This document shows positions 19,019 to 28,430 of a DNA stretch of 56,666 bases, piece after piece. The notes beneath the pieces were generated by a model. That model worked only from the letters and a program-made list of their open reading frames with translations. It did not search any database and was not told the origin of the DNA. The position numbers were made by a program, and so were the translations under genes. Origin of the DNA: Candidatus Aegiribacteria sp. (lineage in GTDB: Bacteria; Fermentibacterota; Fermentibacteria; Fermentibacterales; JCC-6); NCBI GenBank assembly GCA_030613065.1, contig JAUWMQ010000004.1:1-56666 (forward strand), written 5' to 3'. Every line of letters begins with the position of its first letter. The stretch's first letter is position 1.

Positions 19019-19896
19019 GCCGGATGATTCCTGAGGTAGTAATCGATGCATGCATAGACCAGCAGGTCGACAATGAGTCCCCACAGGGCTGTAAGCTGCG
19101 ACTGGTAGAACAGGAATACCTGTGTCACGAAGATGTTCACCAGAACAGCCTGTCTGAACCAGTGGACTGCTTTCCTTCTGGAGGATTTCAGTACCAGAAG
19201 CCCGATGAGCACAAGAATACTGCTGCAAAACGCTCCCGTCAGTGAAAGGCCTGAAACATTTTCCATAGGCACCCAGCCGGGATTTATCCAGCCCAGTATG
19301 GCGGCGAACTGAACAAGGCTTGTAAATACGAAGAAAATCATAATCCCTGGAATGACGCTTGGCACCGTCAGAATACGCATTAGAAAGGTTTTGGATATGC
19401 TCCTTACGTAATCGTAACCTTTCAGCCAGCGGGATTCACTGCTGCTTTCAAGTTCCTTTCTGATTGCTTTGTTCACTTTAATCTCCCGTTCAGAGAGTGG
19501 ATGGAATACCACCATTCTACGGAAAATCAGATACATGACTATGAAGATGATATAGACGATTGCTATTGTTGGTTTGAAGAAGTAATCGTTGTCATTGGTT
19601 ATGAATTTGCCCAGTTCATCTATGAACAGGCCGAAACCGATCCCGCTGATGAATGCTGCCAGGCGCCGTAACGAGGGGTTCCAGTAATAGAAGACCATTA
19701 CAAGCGACAAAAGCATCAGAAGACCTCCCCACAGCATATGAGCTATATGGAGTGAACCGAATGCGATTTTTGGATAACCGGTCAATGCCAGGAAAGCCCG
19801 GTTGATGAGAATAGTGGCGATCGAAATTACAAGTAGCAGTTCAAACAGCTCACCAGCGTCTGAATCTCTTACCAGATTCTTTCTTTCTGATCTCAA
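19015..19896 (-). CDS. Hypothetical membrane protein
   Basis: 293 aa, multiple TM segments, HIAHMLWGG and GFGLFIDELGKF motifs. Confidence 0.7.
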   Translation of the reverse strand: MRSERKNLVRDSDAGELFELLLVISIATILINRAFLALTGYPKIAFGSLHIAHMLWGGLLMLLSLVMVFYYWNPSLRRLAAFISGIGFGLFIDELGKFITNDNDYFFKPTIAIVYIIFIVMYLIFRRMVVFHPLSEREIKVNKAIRKELESSSESRWLKGYDYVRSISKTFLMRILTVPSVIPGIMIFFVFTSLVQFAAILGWINPGWVPMENVSGLSLTGAFCSSILVLIGLLVLKSSRRKAVHWFRQAVLVNIFVTQVFLFYQSQLTALWGLIVDLLVYACIDYYLRNHPA

Positions 19897-19921
19897 GGTA
19901 ATACCAGGTCTTTGCGGATTG

Positions 19922-20356
19922 CTAGAAAATGAATCTGATCCCTATTCCACCATTCAGGTCAAAATCAACGTCTGGAACAATATCCAATATTCCGGCAATC
20001 TCAATAAACAGATCCAGTGGCGCTCCGCCCGGCAGCCACGATATGCCAACCGGTACACGGGCTCCCAGATGTGCGTTATCGGCCAGAATAACTCTTCCGC
20101 CAATACCGTAATAAACAGGTATCAAGCCGTTGGAACCGTTAATAAGGCCATAATCGTGCCAGAGATAATCGACATGTATATGGAGTTTATCATCATTGTC
20201 ATTAAGAGACCAGGATATGGCTCCGTCAAGAGCGGTATTTCTATCGAACCACATTTTAGCACTGATTCCTGTTGGTTCCCCAAGTATTATGCCAAGCTCG
20301 AAGCCTCCGGGGCCCGTGGAGGAAAACAGAAGGGAAGTGATCAGGAAAACAATCAT
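19922..20356 (-). CDS. Small outer-membrane beta-barrel protein (DUF3996-like)
   Basis: Signal-peptide-like start, LGIILGEPTGISAK, alternating beta pattern, terminal GIRFIF. AAGGAG SD before ATG 20356. Confidence 0.7.
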   Translation of the reverse strand: MIVFLITSLLFSSTGPGGFELGIILGEPTGISAKMWFDRNTALDGAISWSLNDNDDKLHIHVDYLWHDYGLINGSNGLIPVYYGIGGRVILADNAHLGARVPVGISWLPGGAPLDLFIEIAGILDIVPDVDFDLNGGIGIRFIF

Positions 20357-20760
20357 GTCAGACTCCTTCTCTATAAATATCAACTACCATTTCTAACAGC
20401 TATTCACATCATATATATGAAATTTATACTCATGCAGTACCGGCATGCAAGAGCTCGCATCTGGTTGATTACTTAAATGCATATATAACAATTATTTATG
20501 AACGCTTATTAACTCAGTATATAGCGTTCAGTTATTCTCTGAGTGACTGGATGCGAACAGTAACCTGTTGCCAGTTATCAGTGAAATTTGTACAATCATG
20601 CATATCAATGAATTGGTGGAAGCCTTTGCAGATGTTACTTAGGCATTGTTAGCACTGGACAATTGTTAACTGTTAATTAAGAATATAAGGCAGGGTATTG
20701 CAAGAATGTTGAATAATTGTTCAGGATAGAATCTACCGTTCAAATCGAAAGGACACAAAA

Positions 20761-21114
20761 ATGAAAGAACTTCACAAAATACTGGAAGCACTTGTAGAAG
20801 TCAGCGGTATTGATGTTGCGGTCTGCGTTGGAAGAGACGGTTTTGTTATTGATGCCGCATCAACCGGTACTGCTGATACTGAAGCCATAGGAGCGATGGT
20901 ATCCACTGGTATGGGTTCCGCTGAAAGTGTGGGCCGTGAGCTGGGCCTGGAAGAAATGGATCAGGCAATGATGGAGTACAAAGGCGGTATAGTCATGATG
21001 ACTGCACTGGGCAGCGATGCTCTTCTCGTCATTGTTGCAAACAAAGATGCAAATCTTGGAGGGATCCGTCTTCAGGTTAGAAGAAACGCTCCTAAACTTG
21101 AGGCAGCACTTTAA
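20761..21114 (+). CDS. Roadblock/LC7 domain protein (MglB/MglC-like)
   Basis: 117 aa, VCVGRDGFVI...AIGAM...NLGGIRL roadblock pattern. AAAGGA SD. Confidence 0.9.
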   Translation: MKELHKILEALVEVSGIDVAVCVGRDGFVIDAASTGTADTEAIGAMVSTGMGSAESVGRELGLEEMDQAMMEYKGGIVMMTALGSDALLVIVANKDANLGGIRLQVRRNAPKLEAAL

Positions 21115-21147
21115 TCATTTACTTTCCGGGAAGCGGGTATTCTGCAG

Positions 21148-21660
21148 ATGCAATTACCAAAACGTGCAGATTCAATGGCAATTAAGGACATACTCTTACA
21201 TCTTGTTAAACGTTGCGAAGCTGTTACTGCTCTGCTGATAAGCAGGGAGGGTATCTGCATAAGCAAAGCCGGCAACGTAGAGTCATTGAATTCTACTGCT
21301 CTTGCAGCACTTGTGGCGGGAATGTTCGCTGCTACGAGAGAGGTGGCGAACATAGTAGGCGAAGAGCAGTTCTCGATTCTGCTACAACAGGGAGAGAAGC
21401 GCCATATTCATATTTCTCTGATAGGCCAGAGGAACATGATGGTAGTGGTCTTTGAAGATTACAGAAGAATTGGACGTGTTCGGCACGAAGCCCGGACAAT
21501 AGGTCCCGATCTTATCAGAATACTGGAGAGTAAAGAGAAATCCAAGAAGGAGGATGCCGGGGATATTTCCGTTCCGGAGTTCAGGGAATATGCTCTGAAT
21601 CTCATTGACAGGATATTTGTGGTTGGTGAAGACGAAGATGCCTCATCTCGATCCGACTGA
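21148..21660 (+). CDS. mglB: Roadblock/LC7 protein, MglB-like GAP
   Basis: LLISREG, ALAALVAGMFAATREVANIVGEEQFSILLQQGE, IGRVR and a C-terminal helix (ALNLIDRIF). Directly upstream of mglA. Confidence 0.8.
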   Translation: MQLPKRADSMAIKDILLHLVKRCEAVTALLISREGICISKAGNVESLNSTALAALVAGMFAATREVANIVGEEQFSILLQQGEKRHIHISLIGQRNMMVVVFEDYRRIGRVRHEARTIGPDLIRILESKEKSKKEDAGDISVPEFREYALNLIDRIFVVGEDEDASSRSD

Positions 21661-22222
21661 AAAGCAGATAGTCTTCAAGATCGTGTACTTTGGCCCTGGA
21701 ATGAGCGGTAAGACAACGAACCTGCTCTACATTCACAAGGCCTTGACTGACAAGTACAAGGGAGAAATGCTGGTTCTGGATACGGAAAAGGAGAGGACAT
21801 TGTTTTTTGATTTTTTTCCAGTTTCGCTTGGAACAGTTCAGGGTTACTCCCTCAAGTTTCATCTGTATACCATTCCCGGACAGATATTCTACGAAGCAAG
21901 TCGCAGGATCATACTCGTAGGGGCTGACGGTGTGGTATTTGTCGCTGACTCATCAGCTGACAGATTGAATGATAATACTGAAATGTACAGGTTGATGATT
22001 GAAAATCTCAAGAGTCAAGATATTGATCCATCCTCTTTTCCTATTGTATTACAATATAATAAACGTGATTGCAATCCGAGGCTTGAAATAGGCGAGATAG
22101 AAAGAGAACTTGAGTTAGACGGTATTTCGGTTACCGAATCCATCGCCATCGAGGGCAAGGGAGTGATGAAAACACTGCAGGTTGTAAGTAAGGAGATCAT
22201 CAAGCGTTTTCAGATAAGCTGA
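21638..22222 (+). CDS. mglA: MglA-family small GTPase
   Basis: KIVYFGPGMSGKTTNL, ERTLFFDF, LYTIPGQ, GADGVVFVADS, NKRD. Start MPHL at 21638 overlaps mglB. Confidence 0.93.
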   Translation: MPHLDPTEKQIVFKIVYFGPGMSGKTTNLLYIHKALTDKYKGEMLVLDTEKERTLFFDFFPVSLGTVQGYSLKFHLYTIPGQIFYEASRRIILVGADGVVFVADSSADRLNDNTEMYRLMIENLKSQDIDPSSFPIVLQYNKRDCNPRLEIGEIERELELDGISVTESIAIEGKGVMKTLQVVSKEIIKRFQIS

Positions 22223-22245
22223 TTTGAAAGGATTGAATATCATCT

Positions 22246-22935
22246 ATGTCCATTAACGGTGCGCTGAGTGATATTGGTTTCGTTTCCCTTCTCCAGTTTC
22301 CAAACTCCAGCAGGAAGACAGGTCTCCTTACAGTATTAACCATTGATGGCAAGGCTGAGTTCTACTACAGAAAAGGTGAACTTGTACATGCCAGTTACGG
22401 AAAGAAAACGGGTAGAGAAGTTCTTGTGGATATTGTTGACTGGAATGATGGCCAGTTTACTTTTGAGCCGGATTTGGAACCGGAAGTCACAACCATAAGC
22501 GAAGACCTTCACCACATTCTCATGTGGGCGCTCAAGGAGAGAGACGAGAGGAAGAATGATCAGCAGGAGAATGCTGTCAGCACGGTGGAATTTGATACCG
22601 AGTATTCGGAAAAGCTGGATGAACTCCTGAAAACAGCCTCCGGTATAGAGTACATATGCATTGTTAACGATTACGGACAGCTGATTGCCAGATCAATATC
22701 TGATAGCTCTTTCATACCGCACATTGAATCATTCATGGAATCCATGACCCGCTTCATTGCAGAATATCCCGGCAAAGTAACAGGAAAAACATTCATTGAA
22801 GCTGCTGATATTTCGATCGCGATCTCTGGACTTGATGAAAAACAGACCGTTGTCATTGCTACCGGCCCCGAGATGCAACTCGGAAGACTGGCCATGGCAC
22901 TCGGCAAAATAACAAGAGCTTTAACAGGGGCGTAA
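22246..22935 (+). CDS. DUF4388 (PATAN-like) domain fused to a C-terminal Roadblock-like domain
   Basis: GALSDIGFVSLLQF..KTGLLTV..GELVHA..WNDGQFTF at the N-terminus. C-terminal ICIVNDYGQLI...MQLGRL resembles roadblock. Confidence 0.75.
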   Translation: MSINGALSDIGFVSLLQFPNSSRKTGLLTVLTIDGKAEFYYRKGELVHASYGKKTGREVLVDIVDWNDGQFTFEPDLEPEVTTISEDLHHILMWALKERDERKNDQQENAVSTVEFDTEYSEKLDELLKTASGIEYICIVNDYGQLIARSISDSSFIPHIESFMESMTRFIAEYPGKVTGKTFIEAADISIAISGLDEKQTVVIATGPEMQLGRLAMALGKITRALTGA

Positions 22936-22945
22936 CGGATGTAAA

Positions 22946-24295
22946 ATGAATGATAGAATTAATCTCAATGAATTGCATTTTGAAGAATTTCTTGAGATAT
23001 GCTCCGATTCAGGACTTATTGAGGAAGGAACAGCAAGGGAGATCATCAATTTTGCCAAGTCTATTGGTGGAGTTGGAGCCGTCCCAAGATTTAACGGCGA
23101 ACAGCTGAACAGCACAGGTGATTTTACCGCGTCTCTGGTTTGTATCTATCCAGAAAACATGACCTTCAATAACTATGTAACAACCGAAGAAAATTACTAC
23201 GCCACGGAAATAGCCAGGACTATTGCTCTTATCCCAAGAGTATGGAAGAGTATCACTCCGATCATGCTCCATGCGAATACAGGTCAGGGTAAGACTCACC
23301 TGCTTGCTGCCATTACCAGATCAACCACTAAGAAAACTCTAATTCTTAATACCGTTGATCTGCAGATTGAGTATCAGCACTGTCTTAACGCGGGATTGGA
23401 TAGAGAACTGCGAGACTGGATTACTTCCTATGATCTTCTGATACTGGATGATATTCAGTTCTCCCAGGGTGATCTTCAGTTCCAGAAATATCTCATTTCC
23501 GTGATTAACCGTATGCCCAGGGGCAAACACGGAATAATCACGTCGTCTGATGTTCATCCCGCGAAACTGCTTGATATCGATTCATCGTTCTATTCCCGAC
23601 TGACCTCAGGACTTGTGATCAGGCTTGAAACGGTCAACTTCGATGGCAGAATGGAAATCCTCCGGAATCTTTTCGGCCAGATCGGCATAAAACCGGATGA
23701 GGAAATTCTAAAATTCATTGCTACCAATGTGAAAATGAATGTGAGACAGCTGAAGGCAGCAGGGAGGATGGTCCTTGCTCAAATGCTTGGACCGAGCCAT
23801 GGTGTAACTATCGCTATGGTCAGGGATATCCTCGGTTTCATGCAGATACACACTAAGGATGAACAACGCCCAAAGGCTTCTGAACATAATGTAAAAGAAG
23901 AGATAGCAACTGAAACCACCGTTGATCCAACCCCGTTTATTGTGGTTGATATTGATGAGGAAATTAAGGTTCGTAAAACTGTCCCGGAAACGAGAGTCGC
24001 CAAACCGCCTGAACCAGCCGGATTGGACGATGAAGATCACATATTTAAGGAGGAAACGGTCGCACATCCCTTGAAAACCGGATCTTCAAGTACAACGAGA
24101 TACAGAGATATGGTAGAATCCGCCCAGACGGTTGACAACCAGGTTGCAGCACTGAAAGAGGCAGTCGCAGATAGAATTGAACAGCTAGAGAAAAAGAACG
24201 CCGACTCGAGAGAGATAGATAAACTTAGATTCGCATTAGCTTTCCTGAACGAAGGTAAGCTTGAATCAGCTATGCTCGCTTTGAGACCTGAGTGA
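22946..24295 (+). CDS. DnaA-like AAA+ ATPase lacking the DNA-binding domain IV
   Basis: MTFNNYV..EN..A, Walker A ANTGQGKT, Walker B LILDDIQF, SRLTSGL, NVRQL. No domain IV HTH; an acidic Pro-rich linker and helical tail instead. Confidence 0.75.
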   Translation: MNDRINLNELHFEEFLEICSDSGLIEEGTAREIINFAKSIGGVGAVPRFNGEQLNSTGDFTASLVCIYPENMTFNNYVTTEENYYATEIARTIALIPRVWKSITPIMLHANTGQGKTHLLAAITRSTTKKTLILNTVDLQIEYQHCLNAGLDRELRDWITSYDLLILDDIQFSQGDLQFQKYLISVINRMPRGKHGIITSSDVHPAKLLDIDSSFYSRLTSGLVIRLETVNFDGRMEILRNLFGQIGIKPDEEILKFIATNVKMNVRQLKAAGRMVLAQMLGPSHGVTIAMVRDILGFMQIHTKDEQRPKASEHNVKEEIATETTVDPTPFIVVDIDEEIKVRKTVPETRVAKPPEPAGLDDEDHIFKEETVAHPLKTGSSSTTRYRDMVESAQTVDNQVAALKEAVADRIEQLEKKNADSREIDKLRFALAFLNEGKLESAMLALRPE

Positions 24296-24334
24296 GGTAA
24301 TTTTCATTAAAGCATTAACCTGGGAGGAATTATA

Positions 24335-24817
24335 GTGGGACAGATAAATCGTCTTCATGGTGTTGCGTACCTTCTGGGAGCCCTTGCACATGCATCTGAA
24401 AAGAATCTGGGTAAGAGCAGTCACTCGATATGCGTGCTGGCCGGTATGAAATTCGGCAAGGAGGCAGTTGAAGAAGTGGAACAGACAGATGACCCCGAGA
24501 AAGCTGTTGCACTGCTCAGGGAAGCACTTGAAAAACGGGGAGTAGTCTGGAATTTTGAACCTTTCAAAGGTGAGCGTAACGAGCTTATTGAAAAACGGGA
24601 CGGTGCGGAGGTTATGAGGCTTGTTTTTCGAACCTGTATGGTCAGAAACGCTCTCTTCCGTTATGCACATGAACAGAAGGAATCCATGTGTTACATGGCT
24701 CATGGAGTGTTCGCTGGAGCCATGGAGAAGGTTATGCCCGGTAAGAAAGTTAACCTTGAGATTCTGCATGCAGGTCCCAATGCCTGTCTGAAGGAAATGA
24801 TTCTGGAGGATGAATGA
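24335..24817 (+). CDS. V4R/hydrocarbon-binding-like protein
   Basis: 160 aa, three spaced Cys (RTCMVR, SMCYMAHGVFAG, NACL) in the V4R arrangement. GTG start after GGAGG. Confidence 0.65.
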   Translation: MGQINRLHGVAYLLGALAHASEKNLGKSSHSICVLAGMKFGKEAVEEVEQTDDPEKAVALLREALEKRGVVWNFEPFKGERNELIEKRDGAEVMRLVFRTCMVRNALFRYAHEQKESMCYMAHGVFAGAMEKVMPGKKVNLEILHAGPNACLKEMILEDE

Positions 24818-25728
24818 TGAAAACCAGAATTTCAACCGAATGGTTATCCGGATGTTCAGGATGCCACGTTGCCGTGGTGGATCTTCATGAAAAACTCATT
24901 AAACTGATTGATGATGTTGAGTTCGTACGTATTCCTGTGCTCATGGATGAGAAGGGATATCCTGAAGCTGATGTGGGGTTAGTTGAGGGAGCAATAAGAA
25001 GTAAACATGACAGGAAATCTCTTCTCCGAATGCGGGAAACTTGCAAAACGCTGATTGCTTTTGGTACCTGCGCGGTATATGGTGGTCCATCCGGTATCGG
25101 ATGGTTGTACGGGAAAGATACCATTTTGAACAAGATATACACTGATACCGTAACTGCATCACCTGATGGAAAATTTCCCGACGGAGCACCCGAACTGGAG
25201 CAGAGTGTGACTCCTCTGAATGAAGTTGTAGAAATAGATTTCTACATTCCAGGCTGTCCTCCTCATCCATACTTCATAGCGCTTGCTGTAAAGACTCTTC
25301 TGGGCGCTTCAGTACCAGCCATTTCAACTAAAACCGTCTGTTCAGCATGCAACCGCCGAATGGAAAAGCGTGAAGGTGTGAAGCTTCAGCGAGGCATAAG
25401 TACCGCTCCTGAGGAGGATATATGCTTTTTGAGCCAGGGAGTTATCTGTCTCGGATCAGTAACGCTTGACCGCTGCCAGGCGCAGTGTCCCATCAAGGGA
25501 ATTGCATGCGCCGGATGCGCTGGTCCCTCTATAGATATCATTACCGAACCGCATCTGGATATTCGAACCATGATAGCCAAAAGAATGAGTTTGCTCACTG
25601 GAATAGATAGCTTGGAGATAGTGGACTATATGCAGAAGGAAGCAAGAACATTCTACTCCTACGCTCTCTCATCACCGGTAATCTACAAAAAACCCACTGT
25701 TGAGATCAGGGAGTGGGCGGGAAGATGA
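24814..25728 (+). CDS. [NiFe] hydrogenase small subunit, MvhG-like (group 3)
   Basis: WLSGCSGC, VEGAI, GTCAVYGG, PGCPP, C-terminal Cys-rich region (VCSAC..ICF..CLG..C...CP..GIACAGC). Confidence 0.9.
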   Translation: MMKTRISTEWLSGCSGCHVAVVDLHEKLIKLIDDVEFVRIPVLMDEKGYPEADVGLVEGAIRSKHDRKSLLRMRETCKTLIAFGTCAVYGGPSGIGWLYGKDTILNKIYTDTVTASPDGKFPDGAPELEQSVTPLNEVVEIDFYIPGCPPHPYFIALAVKTLLGASVPAISTKTVCSACNRRMEKREGVKLQRGISTAPEEDICFLSQGVICLGSVTLDRCQAQCPIKGIACAGCAGPSIDIITEPHLDIRTMIAKRMSLLTGIDSLEIVDYMQKEARTFYSYALSSPVIYKKPTVEIREWAGR

Positions 25729-25766
25729 ACCAGAGTCAAATCGAAGCAGGACTATGAGGTTAAACC

Positions 25767-27173
25767 ATGAAAGCAAAGGTAATTGTTGATCCGGTAACCC
25801 GAATAGAGGGTCACGCCAGAATAGTGCTGGAAATAAACGACTCTGGTAATGTGTCCAGTGGGCATTTGCAGGTTCTTGAAATAAGAGGATTCGAAAAACT
25901 GCTTGAGGGCATGGAGCTTTTCAAACTTCCCCTGATAACCGGTCGGATATGCGGCGTATGTCCAGCTGCTCATCATCTGGCATCTGTAACCGCCATAGAG
26001 AACGGTTTGAAAGTGAAGATCCCGGTCGATGCGAAGCTGCTTCGGGAACTTATGTATATGGGGCACATTCTTCATTCCCATGCACTCAGTACATTTGTCC
26101 TTACAGGTCCTGATGTTCTTGTAGGGATTGGAGCCAAACCGGAGGACCGTAGTGTTCTTTCTCTTCTGAACATGGCACCTGAGATCGTTAAAAAGGTACT
26201 CAGACTGAGAAGTATTGGTCAGAGGATCGTTGAGATAGTTGGAGGCAGGGGAGTCCACCCTGTAACATCCGTTCCCGGAGGACAGGCTTCCAGGCCGGAT
26301 GCTGATGAAATCGCAAAAATGGGGCAGTGGGGAATAGAAGCCGGTTCCCTTGTAAAGGAACTCTCAGATGTCCTTGCGAAGAAGCTGGAGAACATCTCAG
26401 ATCTCAGAGAGATCGTAGAACTTCCTTTTCATGCGGTAGCCCTTTCAGATAACGGCAAAGTAACATTTTCCCAGAATGTCTGTAAGGTTCTTGACCCTTC
26501 AGGTGAAGTTGAAAGAACCTTCACCGTTGACGAATACTCCGACAATCTGGTCGAACATCCGATGCAGGGTTCATACATGAGGTCTGTAAGGCTGAAATCT
26601 GGAACAGAGGAGAAGAAGTTCTTCGTTGGTCCCCTTGCAAGGCTCAATGTGAACAGCAGTTTCTCAACACCGGAAGCCAACAAGCTGCTTTCCGATTTCA
26701 GGGGCGGAGGCAGCCCGAGACTCTCCGCAATCGATTATCTTGAAGCCAGACTCATAGAGTTGACGTATAGTGCCGAGAGAATCGCTGAAATCTGCGGAGG
26801 GGAACTGGGGGATGGACCTATCATTACCGATGCTTCCCCGGCGGAAGGCCGTTTCAGAGGTATAGTAGAAGCTCCAAGAGGCATACTGATTCATGATTAC
26901 GAGGCTGATGATGAAGGCAAAATTACCAGCGCGAATCTTATCGTGGCAACGCAGAACAATTACGATGCCATCGATTTTGCGATCACCGCCCTTGCAAAGC
27001 ACTTCAAACAGTCAGGTGATGACAATACTCTGATGAACGGTGCAGAATTCGCACTCAGATGTTTTGACCCATGCCTCGCCTGCGCTACTCATGCTGCGGG
27101 CTGCATGCCTATGAGAATTGAACTCAGGAGAAATGGAAAAATCTTCAGAGAACTCAGAAGGGAGGGCAAATAA
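25767..27173 (+). CDS. [NiFe] hydrogenase large subunit, MvhA-like (group 3c-like)
   Basis: PVTRIEGH, RGFE, L1 RICGVCPAAH, EAPRG, L2 FDPCLACATH, followed by a 26-aa cleavable C-terminal extension. Confidence 0.92.
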   Translation: MKAKVIVDPVTRIEGHARIVLEINDSGNVSSGHLQVLEIRGFEKLLEGMELFKLPLITGRICGVCPAAHHLASVTAIENGLKVKIPVDAKLLRELMYMGHILHSHALSTFVLTGPDVLVGIGAKPEDRSVLSLLNMAPEIVKKVLRLRSIGQRIVEIVGGRGVHPVTSVPGGQASRPDADEIAKMGQWGIEAGSLVKELSDVLAKKLENISDLREIVELPFHAVALSDNGKVTFSQNVCKVLDPSGEVERTFTVDEYSDNLVEHPMQGSYMRSVRLKSGTEEKKFFVGPLARLNVNSSFSTPEANKLLSDFRGGGSPRLSAIDYLEARLIELTYSAERIAEICGGELGDGPIITDASPAEGRFRGIVEAPRGILIHDYEADDEGKITSANLIVATQNNYDAIDFAITALAKHFKQSGDDNTLMNGAEFALRCFDPCLACATHAAGCMPMRIELRRNGKIFRELRREGK

Positions 27174-27895
27174 TGATAAAGATAACAATAGATGAAGATG
27201 CATGCGTAGGATGCGAACTTTGCGTCGATGAATGCCCTACGGATGTTTTCGAATTCAACGAGGAAAAGCAGATACCGGAGGTTGTCCGGGAAAAGGAGTG
27301 TTTCGGCTGTCTCAGCTGCAGTGAAATATGCCCTGCTACTGCGATTACTCACGAGGATATCATACATTCGGAAGATTACTACCATGATGAGGAGAATCTA
27401 AAACTCGCTTCCAAACTTGCAGTTGACGTTCCTCTTCTTCATACACCATCCGATGACAAACATAGAGAAGCAGCGCTTGGAGACCTGGGAATAAGACTGC
27501 TTTCGGTAGCTTCGATATTCCGCCAGACACTTGGAGGAAGTTTTCCCGCAGTTGGTACAATGGCCGGGAGAACGCTTGCTACGCAACTTCCAAGGTACAG
27601 GGTTCCCGAATCACTTCAGGAGGCTCTTGATATCGCAGTACAGCAATTCGCTCCAACATGGGATATCAAGCCTGAGTACGATGGAAGCTCAAAACTGGAG
27701 ATCAAGGTAGGAACCTGCTTTATCCGGGAGCTTTGCGTTGAAGAGGGGATAGAGCTTGGTGGAGACCTGTGTGTACTTTTTTATAATTACATGGCGGGAT
27801 ATATTGGAAAGCTCGGAAATGCTCGTCTGAAACTTATTGAATCATGTCCAGGCAGTAAAGAATGCAAGTACGATGTTGAGGTATTTGTTAAATAA
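27173..27895 (+). CDS. 2x[4Fe-4S] ferredoxin fused to a V4R-like domain
   Basis: CVGCELCVDECP and CFGCLSCSEICP. C-terminal TCFIRELC..LCVLFYNYMAG..CKY resembles the 24335 V4R-like protein. Confidence 0.8.
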   Translation: MIKITIDEDACVGCELCVDECPTDVFEFNEEKQIPEVVREKECFGCLSCSEICPATAITHEDIIHSEDYYHDEENLKLASKLAVDVPLLHTPSDDKHREAALGDLGIRLLSVASIFRQTLGGSFPAVGTMAGRTLATQLPRYRVPESLQEALDIAVQQFAPTWDIKPEYDGSSKLEIKVGTCFIRELCVEEGIELGGDLCVLFYNYMAGYIGKLGNARLKLIESCPGSKECKYDVEVFVK

Positions 27896-28413
27896 TGATA
27901 GCCGATCAACCCATTGTATACCCATTGGGTATAATAGGCGTCGGCAACACTCTTGCTGGAGATGACGGTGCCGGAAATACTGTTGTGAACAGGCTTAAAG
28001 AGAAGTATTCTGACAGGACAGATATATATCTCTACAATCTTGAAACCGATCCTCTTGAACTGTGGGATATACTTCCTTCGGCAAAGAAGTTTATCTTCGT
28101 AGATGCCGTTGCAGGGAAACCTGCCGGCAGGCTTGTTGCGGTGAGAGGAATGAGAAGAGCCTGGCCACCCTCTTTACACAATATGGATCTGCCCACAGTG
28201 ATTAAGCAGCTGTGCCGTCTTCGTCAGGATGTTGAACCAGAATGGAATATCTGGGGGGTTACTATCGATATTCCAGATCATTTACAGGAAGGTCTCTCCA
28301 TAGAAGTATCCGAAGCTGTGGAGAACCTTGTTGAGATATTGTCAGAAAGAATTGAATCAGGAGACTACAGCATCGAAGCACCGATAGTCTTTGAACAATT
28401 TGAGAATACCTGA
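27895..28413 (+). CDS. Hydrogenase maturation endopeptidase (HyaD/HycI family)
   Basis: IIGVGNTLAGDDGAG, FVDAV, SLHN, LSIEVSEAV. Confidence 0.92.
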   Translation: MIADQPIVYPLGIIGVGNTLAGDDGAGNTVVNRLKEKYSDRTDIYLYNLETDPLELWDILPSAKKFIFVDAVAGKPAGRLVAVRGMRRAWPPSLHNMDLPTVIKQLCRLRQDVEPEWNIWGVTIDIPDHLQEGLSIEVSEAVENLVEILSERIESGDYSIEAPIVFEQFENT

Positions 28414-28430
28414 TAAGAAAGGACTGCTCA

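Noticed and set aside
20688-20703. GG-CAGGGTATT-GC as a sigma54 promoter
   Set aside because: GG-to-GC spacing is 9 nt, not the required 10.
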